A DNA stretch of 64,000 nucleotides from Lachnospiraceae bacterium (GTDB lineage: Bacteria > Bacillota > Clostridia > Lachnospirales > Lachnospiraceae): contig JAJXRY010000002.1 in assembly GCA_021628825.1 (NCBI GenBank), positions 1,338,972 through 1,402,971 of the forward strand. Reading direction: 5' to 3'. This document shows positions 29,023-42,226 of this stretch, piece by piece. The notes under the pieces were generated by a model, which saw nothing but the letters and a program-made list of their open reading frames with translations, was not told the origin of the DNA and ran no database searches. Positions within the stretch are counted from its first letter, which is position 1; each line of letters opens with the position of its first letter. The position numbers were made by a program, and so were the translations under genes.

Positions 29023-31495
29023 ATGCAACGTATTAATTTAGATGAAAAATGGTGTTTCAGACGAGGAATGCTGGACTCTGTGAGCATGCTGCAGCAGGAT
29101 CCGGGAGAACTTGTGAATCTTCCACATGACGGAATGATTCACCTTGATGTGACGAAGGAGGCACCAGCACAGTACGATTCCGGTTATTATCTGGGGGATA
29201 CCTGCAATTATACCAGATATGTGATGATTCCCAGGGAATGGGAAAAGGATCTGGTAGGACTGCAGTTTGATGGGGTGATGATGCATACCTCTATTGATGT
29301 GAACGGCTGTAAGGTGGGGGAACATCATTATGGCTATTCTCCTTTTTATGTTGATTTGACGGATTATGTGACCTTTGGTGAAGAAAACAGAATTACGATC
29401 AACGTAAATACCGGCGTGCAGCCCAGTTCAAGATGGTACACCGGTTCCGGTCTGTTCCGGGGAGTGACCCTGTGCCACAGTCCGAGAGTATTTATCCTGC
29501 CGGATGGAATTAACGTGGTTACCAGGGAAGTTACGGATCAGATTGCTTTTCTGGAGGCACAGGTAGAGATCGGAAATGAGACACTGGAAAACCATATGGT
29601 GGAAGTAAAGGTGGAATTGCGGAAGGAAGGTGAGCCGGAGAAAAAAGCTGTGGCGGAAGCGAGGCGCATGATTGAAGTCAGGAAGAATGACCGGGAAACA
29701 GCCAGAATTTCCATTCATCTATCCAATCCATTGCTTTGGGATGCAGAAAATCCCAATTTGTATACCGTAAAGGCAACCGTAACAGATCAAAGTGTTTTCC
29801 GTACCCATAGCAATCCGGTTCCGGTACAGACTGTGGATGAAGCACAGACACTGTTCGGAATACGGACCATCACGGTTGACTCCGTAAGGGGACTTAGGAT
29901 CAACGGAAAGCCCGTCAAGCTTAAGGGAGGCTGTGTTCATCATGACAATGGCTTGCTGGGAGCGGTCAGTTTATATGAGTGCGAGGAGAGAAAGGTAAGA
30001 AAGCTTAAGGAAACCGGCTTCAATGCAATCAGAACCGCGCATAATCCACCGTCCAGGGTGCTTGTGGAGGCCTGTGACAGACTGGGAATGTATATTTTTG
30101 ATGAAGCATTTGATGCATGGGGAATGGCGAAACGCACCGGTGACTACAGTCAGTATTTTGAAACCTGGTGGGAGAAGGATCTGACTGCATTTGTTAAAAG
30201 AGACCGGGTCCATCCATCGGTTATCATGTGGTCCACAGGAAATGAAATACCGGAAAGAGGTGGACTGAATCAGGGCTATTCCACTGCCACAAAGCTTGCA
30301 GAGTGTATCAGGACCTTAGACCCGACAAGACCGGTCAGCAATGGAATCTGTTCTTTCTGGAGCGGATTGGACGATGCCATGGCCAAGGGGCAGGATCAGA
30401 CACAAAATGCAGCCACGGAAAAGGAAGCAGATTTCTGGGAAAAACAGACCGAGGCCTTTACCAATGGTCTGGATGTGGTAGGCTACAACTACATGGAAGA
30501 TCTCTATGAACGGGATCATGAGCTTTACCCGGAACGTGTCATTCTGGGGTCTGAAAATTTTCCGAGGGAAATTGGATTCCGATGGCCGGTAGTAGAAAAG
30601 CTTCCTTATGTGATCGGAGACTTTACCTGGACAGCATGGGATTATATCGGAGAAGCCGGAATCGGAAAAATCCCTGTTTGTAGATGAAACGGATCCGCTT
30701 GTCAAAAAAGGACCGTGGGCGGTCATGCCTCCGTCTACTACCTGTTACCCGTGGCGGCTTGCCAATGATGCCGATTTTGATATAACAGGTATCCGGAAGC
30801 CCCAGGGAGATTACCGCAGTGTGGTATGGGGAAGTGAAAAGACATATCTGTATTCTATGCAGCCGCAGAATTATGGTAAGGCAGAAGTGATCAGCATGTG
30901 GGGGTTTACAGATGTTCGTAAATGCTGGAATTACGCAGGATTTGAAGGAAAACCGGTCGAGGTTATAGCTTTTTCAGGTGCAGAGGAAGTGGAACTGCTG
31001 TTGAATGGAGTGTCTGTTGGGAAAAAGGAGGTTCAGAAAGATGGAAATTTGCCGAATTCAGTCCGGTTTGTGCTTCCTTATGAAAAGGGTGTACTCGAAG
31101 CGGTAAGCTATACGGACGGAATGGAAGTCAGCAGGGACCGGCTGGCAACAACCGGAGAACCGGCAGAAATCCGTCTGATACCGGAGAAGAAGGAGCTTCG
31201 TGCGGATGGACATGATGTGGTTTTTGTACAGATTGAGATTCTGGATCAGAATGGTCTGCTGGTAACGGATGCGCAGATTCCTCTGAAGGCAGTTTTATCA
31301 GGAGTGGGAGAGCTTTCCGGCTTTGGAAGCGCCAATCCTGTGACTGAGGACAACTATACACAGCCTGAAACATATTCCTTCAGGGGAAGAGCCACGGCTG
31401 TGATCCGGAGCGGCTATGAACAGGGAAGCGCAGAACTTGTGATAGAGAATGCGCAGCTTGGCAGCTTCCGTACAGAAATCAGAATGCTTCTGTAA
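29023..31495 (+). CDS. Glycoside hydrolase family 2 (beta-galactosidase/beta-glucuronidase-like); frameshift near 30660-30725
   Basis: N-terminus NLDEKWCFRRG..LPHDGMI, TIM-barrel motif ..HPSVIMWSTGNEIPE.. (acid/base NE), then ..DFTWTAWDYIGEAGIG. After the frame change the C-terminal beta-sandwich domains follow (30725-31495). Confidence 0.8.
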
Positions 31496-31681
31496 AACAT
31501 ATGAAATTATGAATATTGCCGGATAAAAAAATGAATATCGTAATCGAAACGGTAATAAATGAATAATTTCAAAGTATAAGTGAAGATTTACTTTTTATAT
31601 GTATATGTGTAATACTGAATCTGATATCTATAAATATCACACTTAGAGAATCGCCAGATGATGATAAGGGAGGGAAGAACG

Positions 31682-33310
31682 ATGTGGATCAAAAATCGGA
31701 AGCCTGAAGAATCGGATCATGGAACAAAGAGGTCTTCCCTCTGGAAAAGATACCTCATTGTCATGCTGGCTGTCCTGATGCTTGTCGTGACAGGAATCGC
31801 TTATAACGCAGCGCGCAGAACCGGAGACCCGGTTAAAAACGTGCGGGAGGCAGAGAAAGAACCGATAGAGCTGTTTGTTCTTGCTCCCTGCGAGAGCTGT
31901 CATGAGGAGGAAAAATTCCGTCAGGAAATAGCAGACCGTTTTGCCAAAGCGGGGATTGAAAATCAGGATTATACCGTTTATCACGTCTATAAAGAAAGTG
32001 GTGCATCCCATTTTGAAAAAACGGTTGGAAAATATGGACTTGGGATCACACTGACGGATCTGCCAGTGGCGGTCGTTGATGGGGTGGCATATCAGGGAAG
32101 CTATCAGGAGATCAGCGAAGCTGTGGTGAACTACCTTGAGACCGGTATGGCAGAAGAGGACAGGAAGACCGCATCCGGTTCCGGGGTAGAAACTGACGGA
32201 GACATGGAAAGTGAACAGGAAAAAGATACGGCATTTTACCGTGAGGTCAGTGAGATCGGTGAAGAGGATACGACACTGGTTTTGTTTGTGACAGGAGCCT
32301 GCGAGAGCTGTCAGAAGGCAGATCAGTATTTGCAGGGAAGCCTGTCGGATAAAAGCTTTCATCTGTTGATCTACAATATCCTGGATGAAGAAAATGCGGT
32401 TATACTTCGCAGACTTATGAAGATATATGGTGTACCGGAGAGCGGACAACAGGTTCCGCTTCTTTTTTCCAGGAGCAGTTATCTGTCCGGAGCGGAGAAG
32501 ATTGTGAACGGTACGGTTGGAATGCTGGAAAGCGGAGAAGCACAGGGATCCTGGAAGGACATAATAGAAGAGCTTGCCGGAGAGAAAGAAAGCGTTAAAA
32601 TTTCAAAAGAGCCGGCTGGCGGTCACGGGATTTTTTTAATGGCTTAAACCCATGCGGGATTTCAATGCTGTTGATGGTTCTGTCCATACTTCTTATGTCG
32701 AAACGCAGCTTTTTACGGGGGAAGTTTCACTTATCTGGCAGGAAAATTTCTTACCTATCTGCTTTTGGGATTTACGATCGGAACACTTTTTGGCGTGATT
32801 GAGAATACCCTGTTCCGGACGGTACAGAAGGGACTTGAACTTTTCTTTGCAGTACTGGCTTTTATCTTTGGTGTGTTTTATCTGATCGATTTTATCCATG
32901 TCCTGAAAAAGGAGTATGGCAGGACAAGATTTCAGCTTCCAGAACGCTTCCGGAAGTGGAATCACAAAATGATTAACAGGCTTACGAAGATACCGGGGCA
33001 ATTCTGGTATCCGGCCTTATTTCTTCTGGGAATTGTGATTTCCGCAGGAGAGTTCCTGTGCACGGGACAGGTTTACCTGGCCTCTCTTCTTTATATGGTG
33101 GAGCAAAATGCCGGATTTAACCCGGAATTGGCAGGAAACCTGGTAATCTATCTGATTGCAATGTGTGTGCCGATGGTTCTGCTGACGGTACTGGTATCCA
33201 AGGGGAAATCCGTGATGTCGGCGTCCCATCTGTCACTGAAGATCCTGCCGATGATCAAACTGGTATACAGTATTTTTTTCTTTGTTTTGTTTTTTACCTT
33301 GCTTTTCTGA
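31682..33310 (+). CDS. Fusion of two thioredoxin-like CxxC (CESC) domains with a CcdA/DsbD-type transmembrane thiol-disulfide transporter domain; two frameshifts
   Basis: N-terminal TM, then ELFVLAPCESCHEEEKF and LVLFVTGACESCQKADQY. After a T7 run the frame continues as ..FFNGLNPCGISMLLMVL.. (CcdA-type Cys in TM1), followed by a multi-TM region containing GEFLCTGQVYLASL. Confidence 0.55.
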
Positions 33311-33326
33311 GAGAGAGGAGATTCCT

Positions 33327-35680
33327 ATGGAACACAATTATCATATGTATTATGACAACCCTGCAAAAAGATGGGGGAATGCACTGCCGTTGGGAAACGG
33401 ACGGCTGGGCGCAATGGTTTATGGAGAGACCGATATGGAGCGCATTACACTGAATGATGACTCTTTATGGTATGGTCTTGCCATGGATCGCAATAATCCG
33501 GCATACCGGCAAAAACTACCGGAAATCCGCAGATTAATTCTGGATGGGAAAATGCATGAAGCGGAGGAACTGATTGCTCAATATATGGCAGGGGTGCCTT
33601 ATTCGCAGCGTCCTTATACCTTCCTTGGGCAATTAAGCATGGCTTTGAATCAGAAGATGCCGTTTGCCATGGGGGGAAGATCAGAGTCGCCGAAGCCGGA
33701 AAAGTATCGTATGGATCTGGATCTGATGACGGGGATTCTTGAGATAGATCATAAATTGGAAGGTGTTTCCTATCATAGAGAGATGTTCATCAGCAATCCG
33801 GCCGGCGTGCTTTGCATCCGACTTACATCCGATGCTTTTCAGGCAATCCGTCTGGAATTGAAACTGGATCGTGTCGTTGTATCCGATGCGTATATTGAGG
33901 ACGACCGCCGACCCGGCATGAAGACCAAAGGAGGCGGATGGCCGGGAACACGGGTGGACTTTTCGAGAACCATTGATGATCATACGTTTTTTTAATGGCA
34001 GGCAATGATGCAGGAGTGCAGTTTGCGGCGGCATTCCGGGTAGAATGTGACGGAAAACTTATGAATCCGGTATCCCAGCTCACAGCTGATGACTGCAGTG
34101 AAGTAATCATTTATCTGACAACTGCCACATCCAACCGTTATGCCGATCCCCGTACCGAGGTAATAAAGGTGCTGGATGCTGCACAGAAAAAAGGATATCA
34201 GAGCCTGAAGGAAGAGCATATCAGGGATTTTTCGGCACTTATGGAGAAATGCCAGCTGGATCTGGGGAAACCGGCGCAGGGAAACCTGGAGCAGCGGCTT
34301 TGTGCACTGCGGGATGGAAGGGAAGACCCGGCGCTGGCGGCACTGTATTTCCAGTTTGGCCGTTATCTGATTGTATCAGGAAGCAGACAGGATAGTGCAC
34401 CGTTAAATCTCCAGGGAATCTGGAATGCTGAGTTTATGCCTATGTGGGATAGTAAATATACCATCAATATCAATCTTCAGATGAATTACTGGCTGTCCTG
34501 GACAGGAAATCTGACAAGGCTTCACGAGCCGGTCCTGGATTTGCTTGAGACGATGCATGAGCCGGGGAAAAAGACGGCGGAAGTAATGTACGGTATGAGA
34601 GGAATGGTTTGCCATCATAACACAGATTATTACGGCGACTGTGCACCGCAGGATGTCTATATGGCATCTACACCATGGGTAATGGGCGGAGCGTGGATGG
34701 GAATGCATGTGTGGGAACACTATCTTTACACCGGTGACAAGGATATATTGGAGCGGATGTATCCGGTTCTTAAGGATATAGCTCTGTTCTATGAAGATTT
34801 TTTAATAGAGGTCGATGGACAGCTTCTTACCTGTCCGGCAATCTCACCGGAGAACCGCTATTATCTTCCGGATGGTACCGATACGCCGCTGTGTGTAAGT
34901 CCGGCAATGGACAACCAGCTGCTGCGTGAATTTTTCGGAGCATGTATTGAAATCCAGAGAATTCTGGAAATTGATCGGGAATATGGAGAAACTTTAAAAG
35001 CAATGATAGCAAAACTTCCGAAGGATCAGATCGGTTCTGAGGGGCAGCTTATGGAATGGAAGCAGGATTATAAAGAGCAGTGCCCGGGAATGGGGCATGT
35101 GTCTCACCTGTATGCGGTTTATCCGGGCTGTTCCATTAACTGGAAAGACACGAAGGAATTGATGGAGGCGGCAAAAATTTCATTAAAACGACGCAGGGAT
35201 CATGGAGCAGGACAAAACGGCTGGCCTTTGGCATGGCAGATCTGTCTTGATGCTCGTTTCAAAGATGGAAGGAGTGCAGACCAATATATACGCCGGATGC
35301 TGACCGATTCCACTTCCAGCAGCTTATTAAATGCAGGCTATGTTTTCCAGATCGATGGAAATCTGGGCGCTGCTGCAGGAATAGCCGAATGTCTGCTGCA
35401 AAGCCATTTGGGATTGGATTTCCTTCCGGCACTGCCGGTATCCTGGAAGAAGGGAAGCTGCAGAGGGCTTCTTGCCAGGGGTGGGCATGAGGTTGATCTG
35501 TATTGGGAAAACAGCAGTCTGACCAGTGCCGTGATAAGACCGGGAAGTGACGGCATAATTAACGTGGTCGGAAAGGAACTGTCCGTTATCTGCAAAGGTA
35601 AGGCAGTCAAAGTTACCGGAACAGAAACAGGATTTTCTTTTGAAGCTTCTGTAACAGAAGAATATGAACTGAAACCATAG
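33327..35680 (+). CDS. Glycoside hydrolase family 95 (alpha-L-fucosidase-like) no. 1; frameshift at the T7 run near 33985
   Basis: MEHNYHMYYDNPAKRWGNALPLGNGRLGAMVYGETDMERITLNDDSLWYG (GH95 N-domain), ..NINLQMNYW.., catalytic (alpha/alpha)6 region. Confidence 0.8.
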
Positions 35681-35712
35681 AGAGACAGGAAGGGAATGGG
35701 AGGAAAACAAGG

Positions 35713-38036
35713 ATGAGCAGATTGTGGTATCGGCAGCCAGCCGGGTTCTGGGAGTGGGAGGAAGCACTTCCGGTTGGAAACGGACGGCTGGGAGGAATGG
35801 TATACGGCAGAACGGATTATGAGAGAATACAGTTAAATGAGGAAAGCATATGGTATGGAAAGCCGCTGGACCGGAATAATCCGGATGCTTTAGGAAATCT
35901 TGAAAAAATCAGGGAACTGATATTTGGCGGAGAGATTGAACAGGCGGAAAAACTGATGCTGACGGCACTTTCCGGATGTCCCAGTACACAGCGGACATAT
36001 CAGACACTGGGAGATTTATATCTGATATCGGATCTGGATACAGAGCAGGAATGTAAGGAGTTTGTCCGCGAACTGGACCTGGAGAAAGCCATATGCAGAG
36101 TTTCCTTTTTACAGGGAGATGTGCGCTATGAACGGGAAGTGTTTGTCTCGAAACCGGAAGATTGTATGGTGATCCGGTTTGCAGCAGATGCAGCTGGCAT
36201 GATCAGTCTGCGGGCGAGATTGGAGAGAGACCGGTTCCTGGATGGAGTCGGGAGACTTTCCCAGGATACAGTCTTTCTGTACGGGGGTCTGGGAGAAGGC
36301 GGCACACACTTTACAACAGTTTTAAAAGCGGTTGCAAAGGGTGGAAGAGTATTCGTGACAGGAGAACATCTTTGCGTGGAGGGAGCAGATGAGGTTATAC
36401 TGTATCTGACAGCCTGCACGGATTTTCAGGATATCAGGAATGGAACAGCTACGCATGGTTCCGGAGAGCAGATTTGTGAGAATCTGGCTAAAAAAGCAGA
36501 AGCAATTCTGCTTGAGGCGTGTGCGAAGGACTATGAGGAAGTAAAGAAAAGACATATTGCAGATTATCAGGCTCTTTATCACAGAGTATCCCTGCAGCTT
36601 GGAGGAGAGGAAAAGGATGCGGTTCCGACAGATGAAAGATTGAAGGGATCAGTCGGCGGGGATACCGGACTGTCAAAGTTACTGTTTGATTATGGAAGAT
36701 ATCTGCTGATTGCAAGCAGCAGGAAAGGAGGTCTTCCTGCCAATCTGCAGGGAATCTGGAACAAGGAATATCTCCCACCATGGGACTCGAAATACACAGT
36801 GAATATTAATGCAGAGATGAATTACTGGCCGGCGGAGGTATGTGGGCTGTCCGAGTGTCATGAAGCCCTGCTTGATTTCATCCCGACTCTTGTAAAGAAC
36901 GGCAGGGAGACTGCCAGAAAAATGTATGGCTGCAGGGGATGGACGATGCATCATAACACAGATGCCTTCGGTGATACCGCTCCGCAGGATATCTGTATTT
37001 CGTCTACTTACTGGATGATGGGACCTGCATGGCTGTGTACACATTTCTGGACCCATTATGAATATACCGGTGACCGTGAGTTCCTGAAAAAGATTTTCCC
37101 TGTCATGCTGGAGGCAGCATTGTTTTATCTGGACTTTCTGGTTGAAAAAGACGGAGTTCTGGTGATGTGCCCGTCTGTATCTCCCGAAAATATCTATCGA
37201 TTGCCGAACGGACAGAAGGGTGCGGTCAGTTATGGGGTGACAATGGATAACCAGATTCTTAGGGATCTGTTCAGCCAGTGTATAAAAGCAGGAGAGATTC
37301 TGGAAGGAACTGATTTTTTTCCGCACATCTGAAGGAAATGGGAGTTATGGAAAATTGCGGGGAATTCATCGACAAGATCGTGGATGCCTGTGGGAAGTTA
37401 TCCCCGACACAGATTGGAAGTGATGGGAGAATTAAGGAATGGATGGAAGAGTATGAGGAATGTGAGCCGGGACACAGACATATCTCTCATCTGTACGGAT
37501 TATATCCGTCCCGTCAGATATCTGTGGATAAAACCCCGGAGCTTGCCGAGGCAGCAAAAAAGACTCTGGAGATGCGGCTTCGCTTAGGTGGCGGACACAC
37601 AGGATGGAGCAGGGCATGGATTATTAATTTCTATGCAAGACTGCACGATGGAGAGGCTGCTTATCGTAATATAGAATTAATGCTGGAACAATCAACATAT
37701 TCTAATTTGTTTGACCGGCACCCGCCATTTCAGATTGACGGGAACTTTGGCGTGGTATCCGGTATTGTAGAGATGCTTCTGCAGTCGGACGAGGAATCGG
37801 TCAGATTACTGCCAGCTCTGCCCGGGGCATGGAAGGATGGAAGCGTAAAAGGTCTGAGAATTGCAGGGGGCGGAAGCGTTTCCATGGAATGGAAAGACGG
37901 ACATCTTGACCGCTGTGTGATCGAGGCAGAGAATCCGACGAAACGGGTGATCCGCTATGGTGACATCGCTGACGAAATTATGCTCGCATCAGGGAAAACG
38001 GAATGGAATCCTGTTTTTATGCTGATTTCTTGCTGA
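35713..38036 (+). CDS. Glycoside hydrolase family 95 no. 2; frameshift in a T8 run near 37315
   Basis: MSRLWYRQPAGFWEWEEALPVGNGRLGGMVYGRTDYERIQLNEESIWYG..NINAEMNYWPAEV... The C-terminal part lies in ORF 37338-38036. Confidence 0.8.
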
Positions 38037-38039
38037 TAA

Positions 38040-38433
38040 GAATGGCTGACCATTAAAAAGGCGCCACAGCGTGTGGCACCCGGCTGTGAATACAGTGCAG
38101 GAACCGGATTTGAGGGACATGAGTTCTTTGAAGCTCCCTCCATACGGAGCCGGGATATATCGCCAATTTTACGGAATCAGCTACAGCGGGCTTTAAATAC
38201 TTCCTGTGTGAGGATATCCGTGAGATCAGTATTTGGGTAAGAGGCTATGGAAATGGCTTCTTTGAGGTGAAAACGTCATGGAACGGAGAGGTACTTGCAA
38301 AGCTGCCGGTACAGAATACGAATGTCTGGGAAAAATATACGGCACCGGTTTCCATACCGGATGGCGTACAGGCAATTTACCTGACTTACCGGGGAGATGG
38401 AGCACCGAGTCTGCGTTCCTTTGAACTGGCATA
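38040..38433 (+). pseudogene. Carbohydrate-binding-module-like beta-sandwich fragment (orphan or C-terminal extension of GH95 no. 2)
   Basis: Frame encodes ..ANFTESATAGFKYFLCEDIREISIWVRGYGNGFFEVKTSWNGEVLAKLPVQNTNVWEKYTAPVSIPDGVQAIYLTYRGDGAPSLRSFELA*. No start codon or RBS. Confidence 0.25.
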
Positions 38434-38456
38434 GGACGGTGAATGATTACCCATAA

Positions 38457-39299
38457 CTATGACAGGTGCTTCCGGAATTCCCGGGGACTTGTGTTGTAGA
38501 ATCTCCGGAAAGAGGAAGAAAAGTGTTCAATAGAGGAGTATCCCAGGTTTTCTGCAATGTCTGTGATACTTAAGGATTGGTCGGAGAGCAGAATGGCGGC
38601 AACGGACATTCTGGCTTCGGCCTTTTTTTGTTGGAAGGATTTCCCATAGTGTTCCATCAGAAGACGCTGCGTCTGTCTTGCGCTTAAGTTCAGTCTCTGG
38701 GACAATCCCTCTAAGGACAGGGTCTGGTATTCATAGAGAAAATATTCGTCAATAATAACAGATTTGGAGTCAGCCATGCTGTTGTGCGAAAGAAACAGAT
38801 TGGAAACAGGGTGATCTTCATAATTACGGACAGTGTAAATCAGCAGCTGGGATAAAAGAATCCGGATCAGATCCTGTTGTCCTGTATAGGAGTGCCCCAG
38901 TTCATAAAAAAGCTGTTTCATCAGGGCATCTATTCCCTGGGTATCCTTGCCGATCCAGAAGGGAGCAGAGGTAAAAGCGCTGATGACAGGTGTGTTCTTT
39001 GTTCCGGCAGACTGGCTTCGTATTTTTAAATAAACACAATATTCCTGCATGGGATCTGACTGAAGCGGTGTCTGAGCATGTTCAATGTGGGGACCGGTGA
39101 CAAAAAGAGTATTGGGCGATATGTCATAATACTGCCCATTTGCGACCAGCTTCCCATAACCGGCCGGAATATAATGGATTTCGTAACAGTGATTCCCATG
39201 GCTATGGGTGGGAATCGTCCTGGTAAAAAAAGCTCAAATACAATATTCAACGCGTGGATCTTTACATTTTCAACTGAAAAAAATGGATATCAATATCAT
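38457..39299 (-). CDS. AraC family transcriptional regulator (cupin sensor plus HTH); at least three homopolymer frameshifts
   Basis: C-terminal HTH ..LSDQSLSITDIAENLGYSSIEHFSSSFRRFYNTSPREFRK. N-terminal fragments MKTSYHDIDIHFF.. and ..HSHGNHCYEIHYIPAGYGKLVANGQYYDISPNTLFVTGP lie in other frames. Confidence 0.65.
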
Positions 39300-39444
39300 G
39301 ATATGAGGTTTTCATAGAATTACACCTTCTTATATTTTAGCCAGTCTGCATCGTCCGGCAGCTTATGGATGATGTGGCTGAGCGATTACCGTCTGAAGCT
39401 CAAAGCACCTGATCCTGATTACAGGGAAGCACTGATATTATAGC

Positions 39445-39503
39445 ATGAAAGTTATAATAATACGACATATTTTTGTGTGAAAAAAACGGCAGATATGACA
39501 CTA
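39445..39503 (+). promoter_or_regulatory. Conserved ~50-bp intergenic element (copy 2) upstream of the ADH/AKR/fucU/GH29 genes
   Basis: ataataatacgacatatttttgtgtgaaaaaaacggcagatatgacactaataat matches copy 1 at 26440-26500. Confidence 0.4.
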
Positions 39504-39642
39504 ATAATTTTATGTGAGGAGCTTATAATTACAGTATAAAAATACTTTATTTGAAACAGCGCGCAGATATCAGAAAGTATCAGATCCGTAACAGAGGGAA
39601 CAAAAGTGACATACATGTTAAATGAAGAAAGAAGGTATGATT

Positions 39643-40723
39643 ATGGCAGTGAAAATGTTGATGAAGGGAGCTGTTCTTCCGGGAAACAGCACCGTAGAAT
39701 TAAAGGATTTTGAAATTCCGGTACCGGGACATGGACAGGTTTTGATTCAGACAAAAGCAACCACCATCTGTGGCAGCGATATCCGGTGTATTTACAGGGA
39801 ACATACAGGAAAAGGACCGGAAGGCTATATTCCCGGTATGGTTGCCGGACATGAGCCCTGCGGTATTATTGTAGAAGAAGGAGAAGGCTTGAAACGCTTC
39901 AAAAAGGGTGACCGTGTCATTGTATATCATATATCAGGCTGCGGTGTCTGCAATGACTGCAGAAGAGGATATTACATTTCCTGTAAGAGCAGATTCCGTC
40001 AGGCCTATGGCTGGCAGCGTAATGGCGGAATGGCACCCTATATTCTTGCTGAGGAAAAAGACCTCATAGCATTGCCGGATGAGCTGACCTATAAGGATGG
40101 GGCACAGGTGGCCTGCGGATTTGGTACCGTATACGAAGCAATCGAAAAAATCGGTATCTGTGGAAACGATGCAGTTTTAGTCACAGGTCTTGGACCGGTA
40201 GGACTGGCAGCTTTGATGCTTGCCAAGGCATTGGGAGCCAATAAGCTGATCGGTGTTGAAATGAACGATTACCGGATTGATCTTGCAAAGAAGCTGGGAC
40301 TTGCCGATTATGTGTTTAAACCGGGAGAGGATACATTGGAAAAGATTCTGGAGGTTACGGATGGCAAGGGCGTTGAAAGAGCCATTGATGCTTCTGCAAA
40401 CGATGCAGGAAGACAGCTTGCTATACGTGCGACCAGAGAATGGGGTAAAAATCGCATTCGTAGGAGAAGGCGGAACCTGCACCTTCAATCCAAGTCCGGA
40501 TATCATCCATGGACAAAAGACGATCTATGGATCCTGGGTAACTTCGCTTTGGAGAATGGAAGAACTTGTGGAGAGACTGGTCCGGTGGAACATTCATCCG
40601 GAGGATCTGATCACCCATGAATTCCCGATTGAACAGGCAGACGAAGCATACCGGCTTATGGCTGGAGGACAGTGTGGCAAGGTTGCAGTCGTATTTCAGG
40701 ATTCATGTGGAGGAAAAGAATGA
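39643..40723 (+). CDS. Zinc-dependent alcohol/sugar dehydrogenase (MDR family); frameshift near 40440
   Basis: ..GHEPCGIIVEEGEG.. (catalytic Zn), CGVCNDCRRGYYISC (structural Zn), GLGPVGLAALMLAKALGA (Rossmann). The C-terminus continues in ORF 40277-40723. Confidence 0.75.
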
Positions 40724-40732
40724 TTGATGTGA

Positions 40733-41735
40733 TGGAACAAAGCAAAAATTCCGACCAGGGAATTATACAGTGGTGAAAAAATTCCCTGTGTGGGACTGGG
40801 AACCTTCGGTTCAGACAAATACGGTGCAGATGCGGTCTCAGAAGCAGTGTATGGTGCGGTGAAATACGGCTACCGGCTGATTGACTGTGCTTCTGTATAT
40901 CAGAATGAGGATAAGATCGGACAGGTGCTCCACAGGCTTTTTGAAGAAAAAGTGGTACAGAGACAGGATTTATTCATTACCTCCAAGGTCTGGAATGATA
41001 TGCACGGGCAGGGACAGGTTATGGAATCCTGCCATAAGAGTCTGAAGGATCTGGGACTTGAAACAATAGACCTGTATTTTGTACACTGGCCATTCCCGAA
41101 CTATCATGCTCCGGGATGCAGCAAAGATGCGAGAAATCCGGATTCCAGACCGTTTTCACTTGAGGAGTTTATGTCTGTATGGAGACAGTGTGAGGAACTG
41201 GTGGATCAGGGACTTGTCCGCTACATCGGAATGAGCAATATGACGATTCCGAAGTTAGAAAAAGGTGCTTCCACTCTGCAGGATACAGCCGGCAGCGCTT
41301 GAGATGGAGCTGCATCCTTCCTTCCAGCAGCCGGAGCTGTTTGATTATGCACGTAAGCATCATATTCTTCCCATTGGATACTGTCCGATCGGCTCACCGT
41401 CCAGACCGGAAAGAGACAGAACATCAGAGGATGTGGCAGACATGGAGCTCCCTGCAGTGGTAAAAGCGGCTAAAGCACATAAGGTGCACCCTGCTGTGAT
41501 CTGTCTGAAATGGGCAGTCCAGCGCGGGCAGGTACCGATTCCTTTTTCTGTGAAGGAGAGCCAGTACATTTCCAACCTGAAATGTACCACCTGTGATCCG
41601 CTGACAGACGAAGAGATGGAGGAAATCCGGCAGGAAGACCGGAACTGCCGTCTGGTGAAGGGACAGGTATTTTTGTGGAAAGGTGCCAAAGGCTGGGAAG
41701 ATCTCTGGGACGAAAACGGAGTGATTACGACGTAA
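40733..41735 (+). CDS. Aldo/keto reductase family oxidoreductase; frameshifts near 40760 and 41290
   Basis: ..CVGLGTFGSD..YRLIDCASVYQNE..LFITSKVWN..IDLYFVHWP.. Confidence 0.7.
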
Positions 41736-41759
41736 TACGAATTAAGAAGAGAGGTTTAT

Positions 41760-42199
41760 ATGTTAAAAAGGAATTCCTAAAATTTTATCACCGGAGTTAT
41801 TAAAGGTTTTATGCGAAATGGGGCATAGTGACAGACTGGTTATTGCGGATGGAAATTTCCCGGCCGAATCCATGGGAAAAGATGCAATTGTCATCCGGAT
41901 GGACGGTCATGGAACCAGTGAAATCCTTGAGGCAGTTCTGCAGCTGTTCCCGCTGGATACCTATGTAGAGCATCCGGTGAATCTCATGCAGGTTATGCCC
42001 GGAGATGCGGTAGAGACACCGATCTGGGAGGAATACAGCAGAATCGTCCGGCAGAAGGATGAACGCGGTGATGCAGTCATTGGGCAGATTGAACGCTTTG
42101 CATTTTTATGAAGAGGCGAAGAAGGCATATGCGATCATTGCGACAGGCGAGGGTGCTTTGTACGCCAATATCATGTTACAAAAGGGTGTTGTGGTTTGA
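41760..42199 (+). CDS. fucU: L-fucose mutarotase FucU (RbsD/FucU family); frameshifts at both ends
   Basis: ..[57 protein letters not shown](Y)[29 protein letters not shown] matches FucU throughout. Confidence 0.65.
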
Positions 42200-42226
42200 T
42201 GTTCTGAAGATGAAAGAGGTAGATAT

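Noticed and set aside
31643-32449. 268-aa minus-strand ORF
   Set aside because: Antisense to the well-supported thioredoxin-CcdA gene. No RBS and no recognisable domain.
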